64,000 nucleotides of DNA, taken from contig NC_088791.1 in NCBI RefSeq assembly GCF_011386835.1, positions 123,256,001 through 123,320,000 of the forward strand. The letters are read 5' to 3'. The stretch comes from Chrysemys picta bellii (lineage: Eukaryota). The notes below the pieces were generated by a model. The model saw only the letters and a program-made list of their open reading frames with translations, had not been told where the DNA came from and did no database searches. Made by a program: the position numbers and the translations under genes. Below, piece by piece: positions 1 through 10,662 of this stretch; within the stretch, counting starts at the first letter, position 1; each line of letters begins with the position of its first letter.

Positions 1-2310
1 TACCCTTCCTCCTCATTCTACTATGTACGTAGGACGCCTGTTGTTGCTAGAAGAGGTGGACCACTGTGGACCTAAAGTGACCATTGGCAGGGGAAGTTAA
101 AGAAGAAAGAGCTCCTACACCATGCCCAGCTGTGAAGGGATGCTGTAGTTGTAAGTTTGCTCTTCTACATAGGTGAAGAATGCAGGCAGAACAGTCACCC
201 CTCAAATAAGGAGAGAGAGAAGAGGGTCATTGGTGCAGAGGAAAAGGGAAAGAAAAAAAGAGGGATGGAATTAGTATATACTGAGGCCTTCTTGAAAGGG
301 CTACTCTCCCACTCTGGCACAGTATTTGTTTGCCAGATTTCCTGGGTTTGTTTCAGGAAAAGACTAAGTACCCAAAGCAGACTTGGGCACTGTTTCAGTT
401 CCTGGAGAACCAAAAGTGGCAGTGGGAGGTGAAGTTTGGATCTACAGAGTGATTGTCCTTATTGGAGAAGGAGCAACAAACCTGCTAGAGAGCCTGAGAA
501 AGGAAGCACTCAGTTGCCACAGTCATAGGGTAAAGAAAAATTATTTGGGCCAGGAGTGCTGAGGACCAGCCAGGGTGGTGTGCTATGCTGGTGGCCAGGG
601 AAAGACCCATTAGAAAGGCCTTCCCCTATGAAAATTGTGACATGAAGGCTTGCTCTGGGGGGAAAAGCATGGAAATAACTGAAAAGGCTTGACCTATTGC
701 CAAAGCATGGGCAAGGAGATTTTTAGTATGGTAGTGGGGCATTTAAACAGGCACTGCCTTCAAGGGAAAGTGAGCTGCAACTAGAGAGAGACTGGGGCCT
801 GAGCAATGGGGAAGAGGAGGAGTGGGTGTCCTGCAGTGCCAGTATAATGGTTGCAGGTAAAACAGATGTGGCTGTGGCCCTGACAGCTAATTAAACCCTA
901 TTAGTTGGAGGCTCGAGGGAACACAAAGGAGTACTACCACTGCAACAAATTGGGTGAAAGTTGGGGTAAATACAGAGTCTGAATAATATGTTTGTGGAGA
1001 TGCAGATCACTGCCCCTAAAAAATATGGGATCTGTGGACCGCTATTAACCCCCTCTTCCCCACCCCCCACCCCCAATCAGCGACATGAGGGCTGGGTGAA
1101 AAAGCCAGAGGCCTTGGTGGCAGAAGCACCTAAGGGGGTTGGGACTGAGGATGTGGTATTGGAGGCAGTAAATCTAAGAGAAAAACTTGCAATAGTAGAG
1201 AAGTCCTTGTGGGAGCCCTGAAGAGAGAGAGGAGCTAAAGAGAAGTTTAGGTTGGAGTTTCAGATAGTGCTCCTGGAAGATGAGAAGGGGGGATGCACAG
1301 GTGGATAATAGGCACACTTAAAGAAGGCTCCTACCCAAGGCAAAAAGACCCTGTAGCAGGTAGGGTACAGTCTTGAGGGGTAGTGTGATGAATACCCCAT
1401 CCTGAGTTTGAAAGAATTAATGTGAGCTTGAGAGGCCAATTAACTAACCTGCTTGTACCTGGGTGGTGAGCAAAGCCTAATTCAAGATGAAGCCCAGCTG
1501 GGAAAGAGCTGGGTGGTGCTATACAAGTAGGAGGTTCCCAGCAGAAGGGGGCTGCAGGGAGAAAGGGAAAGGAACCCTGCAGTCCCCTTCTTGGTAGTAA
1601 AGAACAGAAGAGCAGGAGTTGACACAGAGAAAGTTGTGATGGAACTGACTAGAGCTGGGATATCCCGTTGAGTAGAAGGGTCATGCAGGGCTCCGAAGTA
1701 AAGGGGAAGAACTGGCTTAACCAGGGAGAGGCCAAACCCAAGAGCAGGAGGGTGACCCTGGAGGATTTTGGCAGGGGTAGAACTCCTAGATGGAAGGACC
1801 TTGGGAGTAGAACACTGCAGGGAGCCTGTTTGCAGGAGCCCTGACATGAGGGTTGTGGTGGATCTGCAACACTGCCAAGGGAAGGAACCAAACACCCAGG
1901 AAGAAGTCCTGGGAGGCATTGCTCATTACAAGAGACCAGAAAGGGACTTGGAAAAAGGGAAGTCCAGGGAGGTAGCAGAAAACATCTGACTGAGCAGACC
2001 TCAGCTGCTGATTACAGGGTCCTTGGATTGGAACCCAGTGTAGTAGGAGGGCCTGGATTCCCTGAACAGTCACTGGGAAGGGTGATGTGAGGCCCCTAAG
2101 AAGTGGGTAAAGACAACTGAAAATCCTGAGTGCAGGGATGTAGCAATGGTGGGATCCAGAGTTGAGGGTCAAAGACCAGATGTAAGGATTGGGACTATTT
2201 GTTGGACTTTTTATTAGTCTGAAATGGGTAGAAATAAAACATGACCTGGTTGGATGGCTGAGTTGCAAGAAGCAGCAGACTGCTGCGGGACCAGAGCAAC
2301 CATTCTATAC
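1..2310. mobile_element. Degenerate LTR-like repeat cluster inside an ARNTL2 intron
   Basis: Purine-rich, GC-elevated sequence with motifs resembling the solo LTRs at 16971 and 44098. No clean termini or TSD found. Confidence 0.4.
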
Positions 2311-2722
2311 CACCCCCCATTCTATACCATTATTTCCGAACAGCTGTATTCTGATATTTGGAAGCTATGTGCTCCAGAGTAAGTAATTTTGTACTGAAGT
2401 GTTCATGACAGTTTTTCCTGAAGTCTGTTAATTTTGATAATTGAAAAAAAGCAAAAATGTGTTCTACTAATTATCATCCCGTGTCGTGATATCTATCTTT
2501 ACCAAAATTTGGAGCAGGAAGTGTGTGAGCTATGTGACAGAATTTAAGCTTCGCTTTTGACAAAGCAGTGTTGTCTGAAGTCTCAAAGCTTATCACCTGT
2601 GGTTTTTTGGTGGGTACTGCTATGCTCTGACTAAATAAGATTCCCATTTTAAAATGGAAGGGATTGAAGTTCATACTCAACAGTAAATTTATTGTACAAT
2701 ATGCATATGTATATTTTTTTAG

Positions 2723-2810
2723 GTTACATTGTTCTCCATCTATTGGTGAGTTAAGTCCATCTGATCTTATGAGGAAATCTTCTCCAACTTTAACTCCAAA
2801 ATGCAGCAAT
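2723..2810 (+). CDS. ARNTL2: ARNTL2/BMAL2 third-to-last coding exon ((R)LHCSPSIGELSPSDLMRKSSPTLTPKCSN)
   Basis: T-rich tract with AG at 2721-2722 and donor GTAAGT at 2811. The exon ends in phase 0, in frame with the next exon. The peptide aligns with the recalled post-PAS region of BMAL2 (RLQSSSYLDDSSPTGLMK in human). Confidence 0.88.
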
Positions 2811-4562
2811 GTAAGTATATCATTGACTCCAAGAATTTTCAGTGAAAGGTCACTATCAAATAATTCAGAGCCTACATTTGATCTACCTTAAAACTGATTT
2901 TTGTGTGTGAATTCATGCCAGTGCAAAGTTTCTGACAATCCTGTGTATTGAAGTCTTCTGTTCACAGAAGCGGTATGACACAGGCAGCAAGAGTACAAAC
3001 TTCTCTTTTCTACACCACCAGTGAGCCTCAGTTCAAGCCTTGAGGAACCATCCCTCAGGGCTGAGAAGATTGTTCAGGTCTTGGGGAATCTTTGCTGAGG
3101 CTACAAAAAAAATGCTATATATGGGGAGGGTATTTTTTTTGTGATGTGGACTTTTTTCTAAACTTGGAAATGAATTGAAACCACCACCCCGGAGCCATCA
3201 GATAGTTACAAAAATATTCATCTAGGCTGAATTCAATTCAGCAATATGAAGATAAATGTCTGGTTACTATGACCATTCATCTATATCTTTCACCCCCCCC
3301 CCCCCACTGTTAAACAATTGTAATCCATTGAGGTGTATCCTCTGAATTTTAAATCTTTTTTTAAAAGAGGTGTAGAGAAGCCGCATATTCTATGACTCTC
3401 TACCATTCTATCTAACCCAAGAGTGATGTTGACTGATGTCACAGCCTGGGGCGGGTATGCATAAAGAATCTTCTTGCAAGATTGTACAATACTGCCTTTA
3501 CTGTTATCAATGCACACCATACTCCCAATCACTTATTTCTTTCCCTCCAACAACATTGTTGTGAATCCAGTTGCTGTCTTTCCACTTAAACATAGCTTTG
3601 CTTCTCTGATTCTGAGTTTCTTTCAACAGCATTGTGCTACACTGATTGATTTTTTTTTTCTTTTCTCCCTCTTTTATACCTGATGTCCATTCCACCCATG
3701 GATTTCTGTAGATCTGTCCTTCTAAGAACTGATTGGCTCATAGATATTGAACTACCCTCTAATTAGTGCAGCCTACTGTCATAGAAGCACTCTCCAGCAC
3801 TTCAACTATATATTGTGTTGATTTAAAGGTTCTCTTTGAATGTGTCACTTAGTGTTGTTCCTGGTTACTTCAGTGAAGTCTTGTTATTTTCCCTTCCACT
3901 ACTGTAATGTGCACCATAGAATCCAAGATAACAGAAAGCTCCGAGAGCTACTCTGTTTAAATTACAGATATGAATGGTGCATGGACTAGGGATGAAGACA
4001 AACTTATTTTACTGGGGCTCTTTTCATTTTTCTATATGGGAAACTGCTTCCACAGCCACAGTGGCAGAGCTATCACTGCCTCTTGCCCCTAGGGACAGTC
4101 CCCTAAAGGAAAAGTGGTTTACTGCCAAACCAATGTGGTAGATCTTGCTCTGTTATCTTGAAAGTGAAAAGACTTCAGTTTCCACTGCTGTCAACCTGGC
4201 ACTTCTAGACTCCTTGGAAGTACTAAAAACCATTTAAAACCATTTTAAATCTTAGCGTGCTGAACACAAGATTTAAAATATAACAGAAATACCAGCATTT
4301 TTTTAAAACAAATTTTCACATTCCAAATTTAGTTTATGTATGGAAACTAAAATATGGTGGGTCTTTTTTTTAAAGCTAGGATGTATTTTTCATGAAAATA
4401 CATTTTTATTGTTACAGTAAGCTTGTAGAGATTATGGCACGTGAAGTGGAAAAATGTGAGCCTTGATCGTTTTTTAGACTCAGAGAAATTCATTAATTTG
4501 TATGGTGGTTTTAATCAATTTATAACTTAACTTTATTATTTTCATTTTTTTTGTGCTTTCAG

Positions 4563-4671
4563 GTGCCAAATAAAGAGTTGATTCAGTTATGTCCTTCAGA
4601 AATGGAGGACTTGGAGACCTTGGGGCAAAATCAGGGCACTGTTTCATTCCCAAGCAATGAACCTCTTCTCA
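4563..4671 (+). CDS. ARNTL2: ARNTL2/BMAL2 penultimate coding exon (VPNKELIQLCPSEMEDLETLGQNQGTVSFPSNEPLL)
   Basis: Polypyrimidine tract with CAG at 4560-4562 and donor GTAAGA at 4672. Length 109 nt = 36 codons + 1. Resembles recalled human NKELFPPSPSEMGELEATRQNQSTVAVHSHEPLLS. Confidence 0.93.
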
Positions 4672-5315
4672 GTAAGAGCTCTTTTACTGCAATTCATGGC
4701 TAATTCTTTAAAGAAAATTCTGTTAATGGTTGCAGCTTTATCACAACAACATAGTATAGTAGGTGTGTTCAAAGATTCTGCCAGTTTTGAGAGATTATCA
4801 TGGTTCCTATTTTAATTATACCCCATGATAGCAGTGAGAGCCTGGAGCAGAAGTTCACTGTACATTCTCTTGCTCTCCAAGACTCACAAATAGACTGCTT
4901 TGCAGTTCTTCCTTCCAAAACCAGGAGCTGTGCAGGATTAAGGGAACTGAATATAATCTGCCATGATGTGCAGACCCTCTATGTAAAAAGTATGGATGCT
5001 TGTGTATGTAGAGCTGATTGAAACATAAACATTTTGCAATACGGGTTGGAATTTTGAAGTTGTTTCAATTTCATATGGTTGGAAACTGACCCATTTTTCT
5101 TTTTATATTGAAATCTTGTTTTCTATCAAGAACTGAGATTTTGGTAAATACAAAATTCTGGAATGTTTTAAAATAAAAATATGGAAAACGTTTTCATTTT
5201 TCACAATCTAAAAGCAACAATGTATTTTAAAATTTTGATTATTTAAAAATAAGGCAATTTTTTTTTAACCAAGAAGAAAAAGATTGATAAGCTCTTCTTT
5301 TGTGTGCTGTGACAG

Positions 5316-5332
5316 GTGAGCTTCCTACTTAA
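5316..5332 (+). CDS. ARNTL2: Candidate alternative terminal exon of ARNTL2 adding (S)ELPT* and omitting the TAD
   Basis: CTCTTCTTTTGTGTGCTGTGACAG acceptor. Splicing from 4671 gives AGT GAG CTT CCT ACT TAA. AATAAA at 5347-5352. No expression evidence. Confidence 0.3.
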
Positions 5333-5676
5333 GTGGCATGAACTGGAATAAAGTTTTCTGCTTAAATGGTGTGGCATGAAGTTTGCCAGTTAACTGGCAT
5401 GGATTGAAATTTGTCATTTTATTAGCATGAAGTTTAAGATGTGCCTCTGGAGTGGCATAAATTTAGTCCCAGAATCAAGTTACCTATTCTTTTGACTAAG
5501 CGTCTCTTCTGAATCCAAAACTTGCTTCAATTTACCCATCTTTGAACACATGTAAGAATGAAAAGTGCCCTTTGTCTTGAAGGACAGCTGCTGTTTTAAA
5601 AGTAAGTTTGTTTGGAAAGTGACCTTGTTTTGTAAGTTTTTTGCTGCATAAATAGCGTTGTTTAATTATTTCCTAG

Positions 5677-5813
5677 GTGACAGTTGCCAGTTGGATTTTG
5701 ATGCAATGTGTGAAAATGATGATACTGCCATGGCGTCTCTCATGAATTACTTGGAAGCTGAAGGAGGCCTTGGGGATCCAACAGAACTCTGTGATATACC
5801 ATGGACTCCCTAG
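5677..5813 (+). CDS. ARNTL2: ARNTL2/BMAL2 terminal coding exon, C-terminal transactivation domain ((S)DSCQLDFDAMCENDDTAMASLMNYLEAEGGLGDPTELCDIPWTP*)
   Basis: Acceptor TAG at 5674-5676. The phase-1 junction completes AGT. Contains the diagnostic BMAL2 motif NDDTAM..MNYLEAEGGLGDP. Stop TAG at 5811-5813. Confidence 0.96.
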
Positions 5814-8800
5814 TGGTTCTTTTATATACAAATGAGAAGAATGTAAAATTCTGTAATGCACAACAACTGCACATCCTCAAGTACTGTATTGCTCATTTTT
5901 AAGGCTTTATTTTAATTCATATTTACTATCTGTATATTTGCTAAGACTTTTATGCCTTGTTCACAAAGAAATGGCTTGTTCTGCACATATAGAAAAAATG
6001 TGATATTTTTTCATGACAGAGAACCTCAAAATTGTATTGATCCATATCTGAGTAGAGTGCTTACAACACGTGGTTATATTTTTGCTAAAAAGCTTTAACC
6101 CAAAGATACCGTACAATGTATAGGAATAACCGTGTTCATCTAAATGTTTTAATACTTTAAAAAACAAAAAAAAGCTTTTATTTGTAATTTTCTTTTAAGA
6201 ATTGGGTGGAAAAGTATTTCTCCATGTCACTTCTGTAGGACTTTCTCTACTTGCACAGTTTGAGAAATGTTTTTGTACCTCTAAGCTTTCTTTGAAAATA
6301 TGGTTTCCACACTGCAAAATTGTAAGATAAAGTACTATAGTACAAAAGGGGACATTGCCGTTTACAATTCTTTGCCCTTTTTAGAAGTATTGTGTACAAT
6401 TTTTGTAGTCAAGTAAAAACAAAAGAAAAAACAATAGTCTGGGAGCAAGAAACCAAGTTATAGGATTTGTGTTAAATTATCCAGTATGCTGACCAGGAAA
6501 AGGATTTGAGAGTTCTGGACAAACAATGTTAAACATTGTCCCACAGCACAAATGTGACTGGTGGGGAAGAAGAGAGACAAAATAGTTTAATACAAAGTAT
6601 TATTTAAATATATTAGTAGAGGGACAGAACACAAAACCATAGTAGTAATACTGTAACTGTAATAAAACAATTTGGTCACTATAGTTTGGGGGATATTATT
6701 GCCTTGGAAATATGTGTTAGAGCAGTGGATTTCAACCTCTTTTCATTTGCAGTTCCCTAAAAAATTTTGAATGGAGGGATGGATCCCTTTGGAAATCGTA
6801 GACATAGTCTACAGACCTCCAGGGGTTCATGGACTACAGGTTGAAAACCACTGTTATAGAGCATAGCTATTTAAAGAAAGCAGATATAAAATTAGTCAAT
6901 ATAATCTTACGTCTGGAGAAAAGTGAGAATTGAGGAGCCGGAGATTTTAAAAAGTAATAAAGTGGAATTGAGACTAGTCAGAAGTGGTAAAGTATGTTGG
7001 ACCTTAATGGCCTTTTCCTGCTTAATGTCTTATGTAAATACAGTTTTCCAAGCTTTGCCCAACAATATTAGGTGTCTCAGGTTGGGGACCTAAACATTGA
7101 GGCATCCAAAATCACTAGCCACTTTTGAAAGAATCCTGGCCTTTATCTCTATTAATTGAGACTGCTGGAACTACATTTGAGTTATGTAACTGCACAGAGT
7201 AGTGGGAGAAATGTGTGTGTATGTATTGGCTATAGATGGTTTGCAAGTGGCAATATAGGGGTATATTACATTTTGTGAAAAGGGCACTTAATTATAGAAT
7301 ACCTTTTTATAGTACTTGTATTTTGGAGAAATCAAAAGTTTTCTATTACTTAATACTAGCTGCAAATACTTTTGTGCTATTACAATCCTTTAATATATAA
7401 TTGCTGTATTTTGCATTCCTATTTCTAATTTTATAATCTTCTTGCAAAACATGTGATCCAGTTATGACAGATCACCCTTGAGTGCAGCACTGTTAATATG
7501 TTGCATTAAAACAATATGGTGTTAGTATCCAGATATGGATGTCTTAGCTCGTACATTGTATGTGCAGTTAAATGAGTCAGTCAAAGGATTATGCCATATA
7601 TGCTCCCTCCCTGCCCCAAAATTCGTGAAATGAAAGAAAAGCATTGAAAATGTTTTGAGATGTGTAGATCTTTTGTTTTAGAATATTTTTTACAATTTGA
7701 AAACACAGGTTCAGTTTGTAAGTAGTATGTCTTCTTCTAAATGTAAAATTATGAATACCGTTAGTTTAATGGAAGAGATTGCAGTTGATGTAGACATGTG
7801 CCTAACATTAAAGGTGATGGTTGACACTCAGCAGACATCAGATGCATCTAGATAAGAGTGTAGAATGGTGTATAGAAAATTTCCTAGGATATTTCAAGAA
7901 AAAGAAATAAGTAATTACCCTAAATAGCCACTAGATGTCAAACTTCCTCTATTTGACAATAATTTGACTCTGAAAGGTGGGATACTATAATCTTCTGTGA
8001 TGTATTAACTCCTATACTTAACTGGAACTGCTGTATACCTTATAGACATTAGAGAAAATTACTGAGATGTCTGAAATGTATACATTTCTAACCGTGAGGA
8101 CAATAATATCTGATATAATTTTACTGCTAGAGCTGAATTTGGCCCTTGATATGGAGCAATACAGAAAATCAGGACTCTTTCTCAGAATTGTGATTGGATT
8201 CTATTTTTATAATTGTTTCTGAAAGATGGATTCTAATTATTACTTTAATTGTAGGGAAAGTTATGAAACACAATGGCTGTTTTCCTTATTCGGCGTTTGC
8301 TAATTGAACATTTAAAGTAAAAATAAATTCTAATTAAAAACAAGTTCTATAGGTAACCTAGAGAAATAAACAGTTTAAAACCAGATGGTTCAAAGAAGAG
8401 TCCAGATACTTCCATGCAAGAATGAGAGTATTAATTCTTACAAGAGACAATATTACCATGCATAATCAAACCGCTGTTTTGGGATTCCTCCCAGATTACT
8501 CCCGGAAAATCTTTTTTACCTTAGAGGCAAATCTATTGTAGAACTAGTTTTATTCCGCTAGTTTGCTAAGCCCTTTGTAATCAGCAACCTGTACAGTATA
8601 TGTGTCTGTTAGCTGCTTTCTTGAACCCTTTCTATTTGCAAAACCATTTGTCAAACCTGCGGATTTCACACTATTCTACATTGTACAATGTCTTTTTTGT
8701 AAATATTTATGATAAACGGCGAGGCGGAATTAAAATATATTTTATACAAATTTGAGGTAATTGTGTGTTTGTTTAAAGCCCAGTGTTTTATTGTGGGTGT

Positions 8801-9250
8801 GGTAATAGTTAAGATTGTGCCAGGATTTCTATTTTAACTGGGATGAAAAGGGGGTCTCTAAAAGTCTGTGTTTGGAGTTTGAGGATCCATTTAATGAGCT
8901 GCTTGCATGTTCCATGGCAGTTTTTGGTGAGGAAAAATATAAGTTAGTTCTGATGGTTTGAAAAAGTACCACTCGCCCAAATCTTTGCTCCTGCCTAACG
9001 TTTTCTTTGAATCCCCTTTTTTAAACATACTAGAGCAATGTGATGTATGAAATGAAATGAGGGGAGGGGAGAGTTCAATTTATTTGTAACAGTGTTTCTT
9101 AAAAGTGGTAATGTTTGTATAAATAGCAATTGAAGGTTTAAAAAAGTTAGTGTTTGAATGTTAAAAATGATACGATGTTGCTGGTCAAGGTAACCATTGT
9201 TACTGATGACTTAACTCCTATGCTCCTTTTGTTGGCACAATGTTGCTGAA
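5814..9250 (+). other. ARNTL2: Probable long 3' UTR of ARNTL2 (end not determinable)
   Basis: AT-rich and mostly repeat-poor after the stop. AATAAA at about 6661, 6956, 8321 and 8366. Pumilio-type TGTAAATA at 7033 and 8698. The true poly(A) site cannot be fixed from sequence alone. Confidence 0.45.
6723..6853. mobile_element. hAT (Charlie/MER5-like) MITE
   Basis: TIRs CAGTGGATTTCAACC / GGTTGAAAACCACTG. 8-bp flanks TGTTAGAG / TTATAGAG (6/8 match). Confidence 0.7.
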
Positions 9251-9821
9251 GATACACACTATACACAGAGGGTTTAGAATGACACAAAGTATTGGACGCA
9301 CAGATTACTACCACACTACAGGACTTCAGAAGATACCACTCACTTTTGCTAATATAATTTGGCTCTCCATCCTCATGTAACTGTAGACCATGGATAGTTG
9401 TTTGGGAGTCTGCTCATACCTCTGACCTGTTTCTTGAGCTCAAGCACTAGATACATTTAGGTCCAATCCCTGCAAATATGTATGGAGATTTGAACACTTG
9501 TGGATTTCTGCAAATGTGGAGAGTCTTCCCCAGATAGGGTGTGTAACCCAAATTAACTGGGATTTTGGGGGAGAGGGGCAGTGGCTGTCTAGTGGCTAGA
9601 TAATGTCTAATGATGGTCCCCAGTCAGGTCATCTGTGGGAGAATGAACCCACCACTTCTAGGTTTAAAAGCCTGTGCGGTCAATGACTAAGGCCATTAGG
9701 TTAACAGCAGAAGCAGACTCATAAACCTCCAGGTGGTTAGCTGCTTTAATGAGACAAAGCGCTACACTATAAATGTGGGTTTACTCAGCTGTTTCAGTAT
9801 AGGACTGAAAAGACATTTTGG

Positions 9822-10662
9822 AATAGAATCCTAGAAATGTAGGACTGTAAAGGACCTCTAGAGGTCATCAAATCCAGCCCCCTGTGATGAGGTGGATCAA
9901 TTTAAACCTAGACCATCCCTGAGAAGGTGTTTGTCCAACCTGTTTTTAAAAACCTCCAGTGATGGCGATTCCATAACCTCCCTTGGAAGCCTATTCCAGA
10001 ACTTAACTACCCTTATAGTTAGAAAGTTTTTCCTAATAGCTAACCTAAAATTCCCTTGCTGCAAATTAAGCCCATTACTACTTGTTCTACTTTCAGTAGA
10101 CATGGAGAACAGTTGATCGGTCCTCTTTGTAACAACCCTTAACACATTTGAAGACTGTTAGCCTCTCCCCCATCATCTTTTCTCAAGACTAAACATGCCC
10201 AGTTATTTAACCTTCCCTCATAAATCAGGTTTTCTAAACATTTTATCATTTTTGTTGCTCTCCACTGGACTCTCTCCCTCTTTCCTTAAGCACCCACACT
10301 TGGACGCAGCTGAAGCCTTACCAGTGCCAAGCAGAGTGAGATAGCTACCTCCCACGTCTTCTATACAAAACTCCTGTTAATATGCCCTAGACTATTAGCT
10401 TTTTTCACAACTACATCACACTGTTGACTAATATTGAGTTTGCAATCCACTATAACCCCCAGATCTTTTTCAGCAGTATTACCAGCTAGCCAGTTATTCT
10501 CCATTTTGTAGTTTTGCATTTGATTTTTCCTTCCTAAGTGAAAGACCTTGCACTTGTGAAGTCAACAAGATGAAATTCAATAAAGACACCAATTCTCTAA
10601 TGTGTCAAGATCATTTTAAATTCTAATTCTGTCTGCCAAAGTGCTTGCAACCCCCTCCCAGA
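9822..10662 (-). mobile_element. CR1 LINE 3' fragment
   Basis: The minus-strand translation contains CR1 RT C-terminal motifs (GNFRLAIRKNFLTIRVVKFWNRLPREVMESPSLEVFKNRLDKHL). CR1 tail at the left end. Confidence 0.88.

Noticed and set aside
4438-4443. CACGTG E-box in a BMAL2 intron as an autoregulatory site
   Set aside because: A single hexamer with no tandem partner. A few are expected by chance in 64 kb, and others occur inside MITEs.
5336-5459. Spaced repeats as a CRISPR-like array
   Set aside because: The units are short and degenerate with irregular spacing, in a vertebrate intron with no cas genes.
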